From positions 1 to 64,000 of the forward strand of contig NIVC01003430.1 of the NCBI GenBank assembly GCA_002269645.1: 64,000 nucleotides of DNA, in the 5' to 3' direction. Under the pieces are notes generated by a model. The model was not told where the DNA came from. It did no database searches and saw only the letters and a list, made by a program, of their open reading frames with translations. Source of the DNA: Macrostomum lignano (lineage: Eukaryota). The stretch's first letter is position 1. Each line of letters starts with the position of its first letter. This document shows, piece by piece, positions 36,251 to 49,074 of this stretch. The position numbers and the translations under genes are program-made.

Positions 36251-37080
36251 ACCAAGGGGGGGGGGGCGGTCGCAAGATATGGGTGTCTAGGGTTTAAGCT
36301 GCATACCAGATTGATTGAATGAAAGGCCCCAATATTCTCACATCACATCAATGGGGGTCACATCTAGGAGGAGCTTTGCAAACATTTAGAATTAGACAAA
36401 TGACTGTAAGAGAGCAAATCAAGGCTCCTTACTAACATTAATATTAGATTTATTGGATAGTATGAAACTAACCAAAATAATAGGCATGGGTTTCCATAAG
36501 GAGTTACACAAACAAAAGGGAGGAAAAGAGCACTAGAAAATTTTTTCTAGGCTTGGGCTCGATTGCAACATCGATTTGGGGAGCCATAATTCATCTCAGA
36601 TGCCCTCACTAGGGACATGGCCTCAAACAAAGAGGACCTGACCCAAGTGCAGCAAGACACTAAAATTAAATAGATCAGTTAGATGAGAAATTTACCTTCA
36701 GCTCATTAACTGAAGCTGAGAAGGTTTACAAATAATTCAAATTTGTGTAATTCATGCAGCAAACAGTGAGAAAGGAAAATGATACTTTCAGCACTTTGGA
36801 TGTGTGTAAAGAAAGTTTACAGTAAGGGGTTTGGCAAAACAGAAGGGATAATTCACATTGAGAGTTATTATAACGCATGCAGATAAATATGAATGCATAT
36901 GTGCAGGCTTTTGCCAGAAAGCCTAAGGCTAAATATGAGCACAGAGGTGCAGGCTTAGAGTAATGCATCACATAAGCATGAGCATGCAGAAATAGATAGA
37001 TTATTGCTTTTATCTGAAAAGGTTAAGGAGAGTTAAAATGAAAAATTGCTTTTGTTTAGAAAGCATAAACAAAAGTTGGA

Positions 37081-37162
37081 AACTGCTTTTACCCTCAAGC
37101 ATAAGGTCATATTGAAAAGGAAACTGCTTTTACCCTCAAGCATAAGGTCACATTGAAAAGAA
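37081..37162. repeat. ~41-bp tandem duplication
   Basis: AACTGCTTTTACCCTCAAGCATAAGGTCAYATTGAAAAG twice. Confidence 0.85.
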
Positions 37163-37736
37163 TTAAAAATAACTTGTAGCATAGTAGTGGGTGCATCTTG
37201 GTGTTTTAGTGTTGTGTTGCTATGTTATCTTGCATTTTGGAGCACATCATTTGTATTTTGTTTACTTATAAGCTTACATGGTTAAGACGAAAAGACAGCA
37301 GAACTTGAAAATCTATGCTGTGCATATTCTTAAAATGTTAACTATGAGTCTAACTAACTCATAAAAATTTTTGCACACATTTGTACTGTGAGCCTTTTGT
37401 ACAATGTGCTTCTTGATGTCCTCTCCTATCCTCCATAGCATTTCTTCTCTTTAGGGATTTCTTATGGAATGAAATTTAACTTAAAAAAATAAAAATTTAA
37501 AAAGCATATAAAAAATTCCAAAGTGCACTAAACATTTAAGCCTCAGAGTAGCAATGCACCAACCAGACTTCTGTCTGCAAAAAACACATCTTGGCTACAA
37601 TAGAGTATATAATTAAGAATCTTTATAATTGAACACAAAGCCAAACTAAAAAACAGCCATGCAAAGTTGTAATCCAAGCCTGGCTTGAATTTCTCTTTCA
37701 TGCTAGTAGCTTTTACTAACTTCAATTTATCGCATC

Positions 37737-39470
37737 ATGTCTGCCGATGTCGCCAGCTCGGAGGTGGCCGCGCCCGACCTCGACGCCGAGGCTTCTTCAA
37801 CAGCAGCAGCTGCGGTGGCGGATTCGACAGCGGGTGATCAGCAGGCACCGACTCCTCCAGCAGCCAACGGCGCTGTTGATGTTGACGAAGGCGCATCGTC
37901 GGGCCCTGCCGATCATCCAGAGCCCGATAGCCGAGCTGCCGCCGCTGGCGAAGCCGGAGCCAGCGTTGAAGCTGAAGGCCTCGGCGGTGGCGGCGACGAC
38001 GCTGAAAAGCCGGAGGACGCGGCCGACGAGGTGTCGGAGGCGCCAGCGCCGGCGCCGACTTCCTCAGGCGTGGCCACGGGCCGCAACAACGAGGAGGAGG
38101 CGGACGAAGAGGAAGAGGAGGAGTCGGACGAGGACATCAACGTGATCATCAACAAGGCGGACACGGCCAACCCCAACACGGCCTTCAACAGGCAGCAGCA
38201 GCAGTCGGCCGCCGGCAAATCAAAGCGCACCGGAGCTGCTGCTGGCGGCGGCGGCGGCGGCGGCCAGCGAACGGCGGTTGATCTGGACAATCCGGGCAAC
38301 ATCGGTGGCGCGCCCACCATCGATTACAACATGGCCAGCCTGCGCGAGGAGGAGAAGCCGTGGACCCGGCCTGGCGCTGACATTGCCGACTATTTCAACT
38401 ACGGCTTCAACGAGGAGTCCTGGGTGGCCTACTGCGAGAAGCAGCGCCTGCTGCGGGCCCAGAACGGCGGCCGGCTGCCCTCGGTGATGACCGACCCGCT
38501 GCAGCCGTTCCGTCCGACACGCCGGGGCGGCGGTGGCGGTGTCGATTCGCATGGCCAGCAGTTGCAGCAGCAGCACGACAGGCATGAGCGGCAGCAGCAC
38601 GACCGGCACGAGCGGCAGTCGGAGCGGCAGCACCAGCCGCAGCGGTCCGCCATCACTGTCATCGGGGCCACGTCTGGCGATAATCGACGGCCCCGCCGCG
38701 ACTCTCAGGGCCAGGACAGCGGCAACGTTCCCCGCATGATTCCCACTCTGGGTGGCGGCGGCGGCGGCGGAGGTGGCGCTCCGTTTCTTCAGCACCACCC
38801 ACCGCCGATGCAGCCGCACCTGCAGGGCCCGATGCAGCTGCCGCCGGCCGCTGCGGCCGCCTTTGGTTTCATTCCGCAGTCCTCGACTGCCCAATTCGTG
38901 CCAATGACGGCCGCCCCGCCGCCGCCTCAGCCTGGGTTTATGCCGGGCCCGGGCGTGCTGGCCTATCCAGGCATGCCGCCGCCGCAGGTGCCCTGGACTG
39001 CCGCGCCGCCGCCGCAGATGCCGCCGCCACCCCCGGTGTCCGCGGCCAGCTACGCTGGAGAGGCTCTGCATCAGCAGCAGCCAATGCAGCAGCAGCAGCA
39101 GATGATGGAGCAGAAGCCCGACCCACCAGCGGGACCAGCTGGCCACCTGGTCAGCCTCACCGGCAATGCGGGACAGCCAAGCGTTTCTGCCGCCTCCACT
39201 GCTGCCGCAGCTTCAGCCGGCTTGAGCGACGCTGCCCCCGCCCCCGCCGCCGCTTCAGCTTCGAATTCGTCGCGCGAGCGTCGCCGCCGCCGCAGCAGGA
39301 GCCGCAGTCCGCCCGCCGAGTCGTCTTCGTCAAGCCGCAGCCGGAGCAGCCGCCAGCATCAGCAGCAGGAGGCCAGCAGCGGCGGCTCGCGCAGGCAGCA
39401 GCGCTCCCGTTCCCGTAGCGGCGAGCGGCGCCGTCGCGGCAGCCGCGAACGGGGGGAGCGCCGGAAGTGA
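37737..39470 (+). CDS. FIP1L1: Pre-mRNA 3'-end processing factor FIP1, single exon, 577 aa
   Basis: Fip1 motif [35 protein letters not shown]; acidic N-terminus, Pro-rich middle, RS/RE tail. Confidence 0.95.
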   Translation: MSADVASSEVAAPDLDAEASSTAAAAVADSTAGDQQAPTPPAANGAVDVDEGASSGPADHPEPDSRAAAAGEAGASVEAEGLGGGGDDAEKPEDAADEVSEAPAPAPTSSGVATGRNNEEEADEEEEEESDEDINVIINKADTANPNTAFNRQQQQSAAGKSKRTGAAAGGGGGGGQRTAVDLDNPGNIGGAPTIDYNMASLREEEKPWTRPGADIADYFNYGFNEESWVAYCEKQRLLRAQNGGRLPSVMTDPLQPFRPTRRGGGGGVDSHGQQLQQQHDRHERQQHDRHERQSERQHQPQRSAITVIGATSGDNRRPRRDSQGQDSGNVPRMIPTLGGGGGGGGGAPFLQHHPPPMQPHLQGPMQLPPAAAAAFGFIPQSSTAQFVPMTAAPPPPQPGFMPGPGVLAYPGMPPPQVPWTAAPPPQMPPPPPVSAASYAGEALHQQQPMQQQQQMMEQKPDPPAGPAGHLVSLTGNAGQPSVSAASTAAAASAGLSDAAPAPAAASASNSSRERRRRRSRSRSPPAESSSSSRSRSSRQHQQQEASSGGSRRQQRSRSRSGERRRRGSRERGERRK

Positions 39471-39766
39471 ATTAATTTAAACGGGCTCGCATACTACTGG
39501 TAGTAGAAATTGTTGAAACTGAATGAATTTTGCAAGGCAAAGCCTTACTCAGCTATTTTAATAATTACTATTACTGTCTCCGGTCATACGACTGATGCGA
39601 AGCTGCTTAGCATTTGTCCTTTTTTGTCTGATCGCCCTTCCCCAATGTTCTAGTTTCCATTGGCGTTAGTCCGCTGTGTGTATGTAAATATACTTTAAAA
39701 TGTGTTCGCTAATTGCTTTGTTGCACTGCGTCCGCTGTTCGGCTTTGTTAATGCTGATATGACCAG

Positions 39767-39772
39767 AATAAA
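39767..39772 (+). terminator. Candidate FIP1L1 poly(A) signal AATAAA followed by a U-rich element
   Basis: First AATAAA after the stop codon; T-rich tract at about 39808-39860. Confidence 0.5.
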
Positions 39773-39938
39773 TGACAACTTTGGAAGCTGTTCGTATCTG
39801 CTGAAAATTTACTTTTTCGCTTATGTGTTTCTGCTTTCGTTATTTTATTTCCACGTTTCTTATGAAAGCCCTGGCAAACCGGCTCCGAAGTCTAAGATAT
39901 GCACTGCTAAAGCAGGATTTCCGCACTCTGAATTGCAG

Positions 39939-40151
39939 GCCAACCAGGAGAAAAAGTCCGCTCCCGAGCGGCTGGTGGGCAAGCTGTCCTCAGCCCTGCC
40001 CGCCTTCACCGATCTGTTCGACGAAGAGACTTTCTACATTTTCTTCTTTTGCATTGTGATTGTATCGTTTGCTATCGCCTTTCTGGCTGCCCGGGTGTTC
40101 CGCATCCAACTGGTTGACGCGGGCGAGGCCGAGCACAAGCACTCCAGCTGA
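39939..40151 (+). CDS. Small single-pass membrane protein (~70 aa)
   Basis: After acceptor TTGCAG (39938): ANQEKKSAPERLVGKLSSALPAFTDLFDEETFYIFFFCIVIVSFAIAFLAARVFRIQLVD. Resembles small invertebrate proteins with a FDEETxYIF motif (from memory). Start codon uncertain. Confidence 0.7.
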   Translation, partial: ANQEKKSAPERLVGKLSSALPAFTDLFDEETFYIFFFCIVIVSFAIAFLAARVFRIQLVDAGEAEHKHSS

Positions 40152-40244
40152 TGCGGCTAGCCGATGGCGCATGGCGCTACCAACAACTTAGCATCTCTTC
40201 CTCTAATTGCTGTGCAGCCACCCATCCGCCTTTGCCCCTTCCTA

Positions 40245-41060
40245 CCCCTTGTGCACCTACCCCTCCTCCGCCTCTGCCCCTAACCCTTTTACACCCACCC
40301 CTCCTCCGCCTCTGCCCCTAACCCTTTTACACCCACCCCTCCTCCGCCTCTGCCCCTAACCCTTTTACACCCACCCCTCCTCCGCCTCTGCCCCTAACCC
40401 TTTTACACCCACCCCTCCTCCGCCTCTGCCCCTAACCCTTGTACACCCACCCCTCCTCCGCCTCTGCCCCTAACCCTTTTACACCCACCCCTCCTCCGCC
40501 TCTGCCCCTAACCCTTGTACACCCACCCCTCCTCCGCCTCTGCCCCTAACCCTTGTACACCCACCCCTCCTCCGCCTCTGCCCCTAACCCTTGTACACCC
40601 ACCCCTCCTCCGCCTCTGCCCCTAACCCTTGTACACCCACCGCTCCTCCGCCTCTGCCCCTAACCCTTGTACACCCACCCCTCCTCCGCCTCTGCCCCTA
40701 ACCCTTGTACACCCACCCCTCCTCCGCCTCTGCCCCTAACCCTTGTACACCCACCCCTCCTCCGCCTCTGCCCCTAACCCTTGTACACCCACCCCTCCTC
40801 CGCCTCTGCCCCTAACCCTTGTACACCCACCCCTCCTCCGCCTCTGCCCCTAACCCTTGTACACCCACCCCTCCTCCGCCTCTGCCCCTAACCCTTGTAC
40901 ACATACCCCTCCTCCGCCTCTGCCCCTAACCCTTGTACACCCACCCCTCCTCCGCCTCTGCCCCTAACCCTTGTACATCCACCCCTCCTCCGCCTCGGCC
41001 CCTACCCCCTTGTACACCCACTCCTCCTCCGCTTCTGCCCCTAACCCTTGTGCTCCCACC
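40245..41060. repeat. 38-bp C-rich minisatellite with one CCCTAACCC per unit
   Basis: Period 38 (40267, 40305); about 21 copies. Confidence 0.96.
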
Positions 41061-43765
41061 CCTCCTCCTCTGTCCTACCCTTTGTGCGCCAACAACAACT
41101 TAACCGCTGCTCTCTTCATGTGTTCTACGAGACTTTTTGCCACCCTAATCAATTTAAACTTTCCTCATCATATTTTTCCGACTAAAGTATTATTGTTCTG
41201 TAAGAGGTTAAGTATAAAAAAGTTCTACGTCGCCCCAGTGCTAAGTGGAAAGGGACCTAGTCAGATCAGTCAGCTTGTGTCAGCTAGTCAGATTATTTTG
41301 TGCTTAAAACTTTTCTGATTACGAATCTCTTAGCCGTACATGTGAATCTCGAATTGAGAGTTTTTCTGTCTATCCGGCTTCCTATTTCTCATGCTTTTTT
41401 TGCCCCAACTCCGCCGTCTAGTCAATGAAGCACATTACTGTTACTGCTCCTGCCTTATTTATTGTGAATCATAATAAATAGCTAATGCAACTATAATGAA
41501 GGGACAAGTGTACTTCGATTCCGCCATATTAATGCAGCTTCAAGTTACACATGTTTGTCTCTGAGTGATGCCTTCTCCATGTTTTAATGGATGAAACTAG
41601 TTAAAAAACCTCTGGGAATGAAATAATGATAATTTATATTCGGCTTTAAAATGAAACAGATATCAGAGATCGAATTCGGTTGCAGCAAACAGAAGTGAAG
41701 CAAACTATAGGAGGCTTTCCTGGCTGGCAGGTGACATTGGGAGGGATAATTATATGTGGATTCAGCTGTGTACAATTCAACTCTATGGCCAGGCCGCTGC
41801 AGAGCCAGTTGGGTGCGTGCAGCCGTCAGTTAAAGGATGCTGAGCGCGGATGTTTGGCCGCCCATCTGAATGCTATACGCGTGCATAAATAATACAGCTA
41901 GGTCTGCCTTCAGTGCATTCCCATCATGGCGTGCTAGTTCTTGCCTGAGTGCTCCCAGCTTGCTGAATTATTCATGAGGAACGCGCGCCCTCCCTCCTGA
42001 TGGATCCTCTTCTCTGAGCGCACTAGCGCGGGCTTGACAGGCCCGCTTGGAGTTGCATCGCTTTTTGTTCTGTTTCTTTTTTGCCCACAGCGGAAACGGC
42101 TGCTTGCTGGATGTCTTTGAAAGAAAATGAGGGAGAAACGTATATGCAGAGATGGATTTGTGTGAGCTGGCCCTGCGGCAAGTGCACCCACTCTGCTGCA
42201 CTTCAATAGGCCGTTAGAGTAAGCAAGAGACAGTCACTTAGCGAGGCTCTGGTCCTGCACAGACGCCACCCACGCCTAGTCGGCACCTCGTGGCGTGATT
42301 TTGAAATCGTGTACGACTAAGGCAAAGCTTTGGATTTTGGGTTTGCGAGCGGGACAGTCCTTGATTCTCAAACTCAAAATGCATTTTAGCCTGCAGTGTC
42401 AGTGCACACAGCCTTTCCATGCGGTGAGCAGCTGTTACACTCTCCACCGAGCTTCAGCATTGCTGTTTGTACTCTGCAGTAGTTGCGCGGATATTTAATA
42501 ATATTGGCTCAGTTGCTCAACTAGACAATGTGGCAGTTAATTCAGTGCTTGGCAGAAGTGCACTTGGCCTAAGCTATTATATGCTTTAACAATATGCCTT
42601 AGTAGATTGACTGAAGGCGCACAGCTGATCAATTCTGCTCCCGAATCGAGACGGATTAAACGCGGAGGCGCTCTCTAGCATAGGCTCTTTAAAAAAATTA
42701 TTGCTGTTCAACTGCGCCGAAATAGAATGCGGCGCACTCCGCTTGCCAAGTTCCAGTGGCTCTCCTTGCTGAGCTTTTTGCTCTCCAAGGTAGCCGGATC
42801 AATACAGCAGGAGCTGCATTGAGGGGGGGGGGGCTGCCCAAGCACCGGCGAAACTCGCGCGGAATTTCTTCCCACCTCAAATTTTTTTGCTTAGAAACCG
42901 GATCGAGCTTGTTTTTTGCCCAGTGCGAATTTTCCCAGCTCTGCAGATCCCAGCCAATCAGCGGGCGGGCACCCCGTCTCCTGGCAGTCCCGCAATAGGA
43001 AACGGGGGGTTCATAACTGGCACTAAAAGTTCCCATCGGCTCCGCTGCCACAAACTGGCCTGCACTGAGACGGGGACTGCGGACTTGACCAACAGGTGAG
43101 TCTGGGGGCTTGGATGGCAGCCGCTTCTGGGTGTGTACTTTTAAGAGAGTTATAGTCACAGTGTTCATTAAGCTGCATGCAGCACTCTAGGGCCATTCTC
43201 GATTCCGGACACAGAAAAACATGAAAGGCTACCGATTTCCGAAATCAGCGAGACATTGTGACTGACCAATTTAGATTGTTAGTCCTGAACTTGTGCAAGA
43301 AAAAAGTCATGAATTCTGCTCAGGATCGTTGCAAATGCACTTGAATTGCTGGCGTGCAGCCTGCGGAAGCCTTGTACAGTCGTGCAGTCCTGACCGGACT
43401 GGGCATTTCTGCCATCTCATTTTTCCTCCCTATGTGGCTCAGAGCATCAATTAGTTTTATGAATTTCGGCGACTCCGTTTCTGACTTCCAGTTGGTGGGG
43501 GGGGGGCTGTTGGTAATTGGAAAACCGATCGGCTGTCCCGCCTGTCCGCCTGCTCAGCTCCCTGCTGGCGCTGGGGTGACCCAGCAGCCCTCGTGTCTCT
43601 CCGAGCTTGTCGGGACTTTACTGGCTGGCTGGCAGACACTGGCTTCCGTCTCACCCAACTCAGTTGGATGGATGATGCGACTTCGCTCTGTTTTCAAAGG
43701 CCGTTGGTTAACGCAATCGCTTGGGTTCCATCCACACCCACCCAGATTATCCTTGCTGCAGTCCA

Positions 43766-46700
43766 GACCGATTCTCTATCTGAATCAGTTCAGCTCAGAG
43801 TGCTCATAACTGACTGATTCTCTATCTGAATCAGTTCAGCTCAGAGTGCTCATATAAACTGACTGATTCTCTATCTGAATCAGTTCAGCTCAGAGTGCTC
43901 ATAACTGACTGATTCTCTATCTGAATCAGTTCAGCTCAGAGTGCTCATAACTGACTGATTCTCTATCTGAATCAGTTCAGCTCAGAGTGCTCATAACTGA
44001 CTGATTCTCTATTTGAATCAGTTCAGCTCAGAGTGCTCATAACTGACTGATTCTCTATCTGAATCAGTTCAGCTCAGAGTGCTCATAACTGACTGATTCT
44101 CTATCTGAATCAGTTCAGCTCAGAGTGCTCATAACTGACTGATTCTCTATCTGAATCAGTTCAGCTCAGAGTGCTCATAACTGACTGATTCTCTATCTGA
44201 ATCAGTTCAGCTCAGAGTGCTCATAACTGACCGGTTCTCTATCTGAATCAGTTCAGCTCAGAGTGCTCATAACTGACTGATTCTCTATCTGAATCAGTTC
44301 AGCTCAGAGTGCTCATAACTGACCGGTTCTCTATCTGAATCAGTTCAGCTCAGAGTGCTCATAACTGACTGATTCTCTATCTGAATCAGTTCAGCTCAGA
44401 GTGCTCATAACTGACTGATTCTCTATCTGAATCAGTTCAGCTCAGAGTGCTCATAACTGACCGGTTCTCTATCTGAATCAGTTCAGCTCAGAGTGCTCAT
44501 AACTGACCGGTTCTCTATCTGAATCAGTTCAGCTCAGAGTGCTCATAACTGACTGATTCTCTATCTGAATCAGTTCAGCTCAGAGTGCTCATAACTGACC
44601 GGTTCTCTATCTGAATCAGTTCAGCTCAGAGTGCTCATAACTGACCGGTTCTCTATCTGAATCAGTTCAGCTCAGAGTGCTCATAACTGACCGGTTCTCT
44701 ATCTGAATCAGTTCAGCTCAGAGTGCTCATAACTGACTGATTCTCTATCTGAATCAGTTCAGCTCAGAGTGCTCATAACTGACTGATTCTCTATCTGAAT
44801 CAGTTCAGCTCAGAGTGCTCATAACTGACCGGTTCTCTATCTGAATCAGTTCAGCTCAGAGTGCTCATAACTGACTGATTCTCTATCTGAATCAGTTCAG
44901 CTCAGAGTGCTCATAACTGACTGATTCTCTATCTGAATCAGTTCAGCTCAGAGTGCTCATAACTGACTGATTCTCTATCTGAATCAGTTCAGCTCAGAGT
45001 GCTCATAACTGACCGGTTCTCTATCTGAATCAGTTCAGCTCAGAGTGCTCATAACTGACCGGTTCTCTATCTGAATCAGTTCAGCTCAGAGTGCTCATAA
45101 CTGACCGGTTCTCTATCTGAATCAGTTCAGCTCAGAGTGCTCATAACTGACCGGTTCTCTATCTGAATCAGTTCAGCTCAGAGTGCTCATAACTGACCGG
45201 TTCTCTATCTGAATCAGTTCAGCTCAGAGTGCTCATAACTGACCGGTTCTCTATCTGAATCAGTTCAGCTCAGAGTGCTCATAACTGACTGATTCTCTAT
45301 CTGAATCAGTTCAGCTCAGAGTGCTCATAACTGACTGATTCTCTATCTGAATCAGTTCAGCTCAGAGTGCTCATAACTGACCGGTTCTCTATCTGAATCA
45401 GTTCAGCTCAGAGTGCTCATAACTGACTGATTCTCTATCTGAATCAGTTCAGCTCAGAGTGCTCATAACTGACCGGTTCTCTATCTGAATCAGTTCAGCT
45501 CAGAGTGCTCATAACTGACTGATTCTCTATCTGAATCAGTTCAGCTCAGAGTGCTCATAACTGACTGATTCTCTATCTGAATCAGTTCAGCTCAGAGTGC
45601 TCATAACTGACCGGTTCTCTATCTGAATCAGTTCAGCTCAGAGTGCTCATAACTGACCGGTTCTCTATCTGAATCAGTTCAGCTCAGAGTGCTCATAACT
45701 GACTGATTCTCTATCTGAATCAGTTCAGCTCAGAGTGCTCATAACTGACCGGTTCTCTATCTGAATCAGTTCAGCTCAGAGTGCTCATAACTGACTGATT
45801 CTCTATCTGAATCAGTTCAGCTCAGAGTGCTCATAACTGACCGGTTCTCTATCTGAATCAGTTCAGCTCAGAGTGCTCATAACTGACTGATTCTCTATCT
45901 GAATCAGTTCAGCTCAGAGTGCTCATAACTGACTGATTCTCTATCTGAATCAGTTCAGCTCAGAGTGCTCATAACTGACCGGTTCTCTATCTGAATCAGT
46001 TCAGCTCAGAGTGCTCATAACTGACCGGTTCTCTATCTGAATCAGTTCAGCTCAGAGTGCTCATAACTGACTGATTCTCTATCTGAATCAGTTCAGCTCA
46101 GAGTGCTCATAACTGACCGGTTCTCTATCTGAATCAGTTCAGCTCAGAGTGCTCATAACTGACTGATTCTCTATCTGAATCAGTTCAGCTCAGAGTGCTC
46201 ATAACTGACCGGTTCTCTATCTGAATCAGTTCAGCTCAGAGTGCTCATAACTGACCGGTTCTCTATCTGAATCAGTTCAGCTCAGAGTGCTCATAACTGA
46301 CTGATTCTCTATCTGAATCAGTTCAGCTCAGAGTGCTCATAACTGACCGGTTCTCTATCTGAATCAGTTCAGCTCAGAGTGCTCATAACTGACTGATTCT
46401 CTATCTGAATCAGTTCAGCTCAGAGTGCTCATAACTGACTGATTCTCTATCTGAATCAGTTCAGCTCAGAGTGCTCATAACTGACCGGTTCTCTATCTGA
46501 ATCAGTTCAGCTCAGAGTGCTCATAACTGACCGGTTCTCTATCTGAATCAGTTCAGCTCAGAGTGCTCATAACTGACTGATTCTCTATCTGAATCAGTTC
46601 AGCTCAGAGTGCTCATAACTGACTGATTCTCTATCTGAATCAGTTCAGCTCAGAGTGCTCATAACTGACTGATTCTCTATCTGAATCAGTTCAGCTCAGA

Positions 46701-47152
46701 GTGCTCATAACTGACCGGTTCTCTATCTGAATCAGTTCAGCTCAGAGTGCTCATATAAACTGACTGATTCTCTATCTGAATCAGTTCAGCTCAGAGTGCT
46801 CATATAAACTGACTGATTCTCTATCTGAATCAGTTCAGCTCAGAGTGCTCATAACTGACCGGTTCTCTATCTGAATCAGTTCAGCTCAGAGTGCTCATAT
46901 TAACTGACTGATTCTCTATCTGAATCAGTTCAGCTCAGAGTGCTCATATTAACTGACTGATTCTCTATCTGAATCAGTTCAGCTCAGAGTGCTCATATTA
47001 ACTGACTGATTCTCTATCTGAATCAGTTCAGTTCAGAGTGCTCATAACTGACTGATTCTCTATCTGAATCAGTTCAGTTCAGAGTGCTCATATTAACTGA
47101 TTGATTCTCTATCTGAATCAGTTCAGCTCAGAGTGCTCATAACTGACTGATT
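43766..47152. repeat. 46-bp tandem array, ~73 copies, two interleaved variants
   Basis: Unit TGATTCTCTATCTGAATCAGTTCAGCTCAGAGTGCTCATAACTGAC; variants ACTGATTC and ACCGGTTC. Confidence 0.98.
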
Positions 47153-47193
47153 ATCTGAACCGATGGCCCTAGCACGCACACGCAATGGGGGCG

Positions 47194-47268
47194 GGGCACA
47201 CGGGGGGCATCGAACCCAGGCTACTCTGGCGCCAGATCCGGAAGCGTTTCCGCTGAGCTGATTTGCCC
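47194..47268 (-). ncRNA. Degenerate tRNA-like sequence (pseudo-tRNA or SINE head)
   Basis: GGGCAAATCAGCTCAGCGG...GGGTTCGATGCCCCCCGTGTGCCC: A box, B box and acceptor stem present; D, anticodon and T arms imperfect. Confidence 0.4.
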
Positions 47269-47340
47269 CTTCCATTTGAACCGATTACAGCAGCGAACTC
47301 GGAGTCAACTGGAATCCATTGCTTCCACTAAACTGTTGCC

Positions 47341-49074
47341 ATGGACACGAAGGGTGAATCGCAGGGTGGCGGGGCGGCCCGCTCCGATAACAGCCGCACG
47401 CCGGTCCGGCTGAACTCGGTGGCCCGGGAGGCGATCACCAGCCAGCTGACCGATGAGCAGATCGCCGAGTTCAAGGAGGCCTTCGGCCTCTTCGATCGGG
47501 ACGGCAGCGGCTCCATCACCATCCGAGAGCTCGAGTCCATCATGCGGTCGCTGGGGCAAAATCCCTCCGAGCGGGAGCTCAAGGTTGGTCCGAAGAAAGA
47601 CGGAGATGTACAGCAGCTGGGAAATGGGAGGGATGGAGATGCACGGCAGCTGGGAAATGGGAGGGATGGAGATGCACGGCAGCTGGGAAATGGGAGGGAT
47701 GGAGATGTAAAGCAGCTGGGAAATGGGAGGGATAGAGATGCACAGCAGCTGGGAAATGGGAGGGATGGAGATGCACAGCAGCTGGGAAATGGGAGGGATG
47801 GAGATGCACAGCAGCTGGGAAATGGGAGGGATGGAGATGCACGGCAGCTGGGAAATGGGAGGGATGGAGATGCACGGCAGCTGGGAAATGGGAGGGATGG
47901 AGATGCACGGCAGCTGGGAAATGGGAGGGATGGAGATGCACGGCAGCTGGGAAATGGGAGGGATGGAGATGCACAGCAGCTGGGAAATGGGAGGGATAGA
48001 GAAGTACAGCAGCTAAAAATGGGAGCGTTGAAGATGTACAACAGCCGGGGAGATGACAGTTGTCATAGAAGAATTGAGCAGCAAACATTTACAGCTTCAA
48101 CGCAACAACTCAGATCAGACACTGAGGGGTGAGGCTGAGCTGACAAGTGAAAACCCAAAAAAACAAAAATCTGGAAATTCTAGAAGCATTCCAAGCCGAT
48201 CCCAAAAGGCGCATGGGGCGCCAATTTGGATGTTAAAAGGACGGTCATTGGAGTGCCAGAGCGCCAATTGGAGTGCCAGAGCGCCAATTTGAGTGCCAGG
48301 GCGCCAATTCGAGTGCCAGGGCGCCAATTTGAGTGACAGGGCGCCAATTCGAGTGCCAGAGCGCCAATTGGAGTGCCAGAGCGCCAGTTGGAGTGCCAGA
48401 GCGCCAATTTGAGTGCCAGGGCGCCAATTTGAGTGCCAGGGCGCCAATTGGAGTGCCAGAGCGCCAATTTGAATGCCAGAGCGCCAATTCGAGTGCCAGA
48501 GCGCCAATTGGAGTGCCAGAGCGCCAGTTGGAGTGCCAGAGCGCCAATTTGAGTGCCAGGGCGCCAATTTGAGTGCCAGGGCGCCAATTGGAGTGCCAGA
48601 GCGCCAATTTGAGTGCCAGGGCGCCAATTGGAGTGCCAGAGCGCCAATTTGAATGCCAGAGCGCCAATTTGAGTGCCAGAGCGCCAATTAGTGTCAGGGT
48701 ACTGATTTGAGTGCTAAGTGAAAGTTCTCATACGGAGATCAAGCGCAACTCCCGTTGAATCACAGGACATGGTGGAGGGCGTCGACATCGACGGCAACGG
48801 AGAGATCGACTTCCCCGAGTTCATGGCGATGATGGCGGAGAAAATCCAGGACACGAACTCCGAGCAGGAGATCATAGCCGCCTTCCAGACATTCGACAGG
48901 GACTCGAACAGCTATCTGAGCCGTGAGGAGCTGCAGGACGTGCTCACCCGCTTCGGTGACAACAGCATGTCGGAGGCAGACGTGCGCGAGATGATCGCCG
49001 CCGCTGACAAGAATGGCGACGGCAAAATCCAGTACGAGGAGTTCGCGCACTTCATTGCCTCCGTTATTCGATGA
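47341..49074 (+). CDS. Calmodulin-like protein, 4 EF-hands, N-terminal extension, 183 aa
   Basis: Exons 47341-47583 and 48766-49074 (phase 0). [62 protein letters not shown]. Too divergent to be canonical CaM. Confidence 0.92.
47600..48010. repeat. 33-bp intronic minisatellite
   Basis: About 12 copies of GGAGATGCACGGCAGCTGGGAAATGGGAGGGAT. Confidence 0.95.
48248..48690. repeat. 20-bp intronic minisatellite (GAGTGCCAGAGCGCCAATTT)
   Basis: About 22 copies. Confidence 0.95.

Noticed and set aside
37705-37760. TACTAAC branch-point-like motif before the FIP1L1 ATG
   Set aside because: No AG before the ATG, and the next AG gives only a short out-of-frame product.
42698-43809. 156-aa (-) and 151-aa (+) ORFs
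   Set aside because: No known motifs or typical G/C-ending codon bias; CCAAT and GC-box-like content fits regulatory DNA equally well.
43766-47152. CRISPR-like array
   Set aside because: Units are head-to-tail with no variable spacers.
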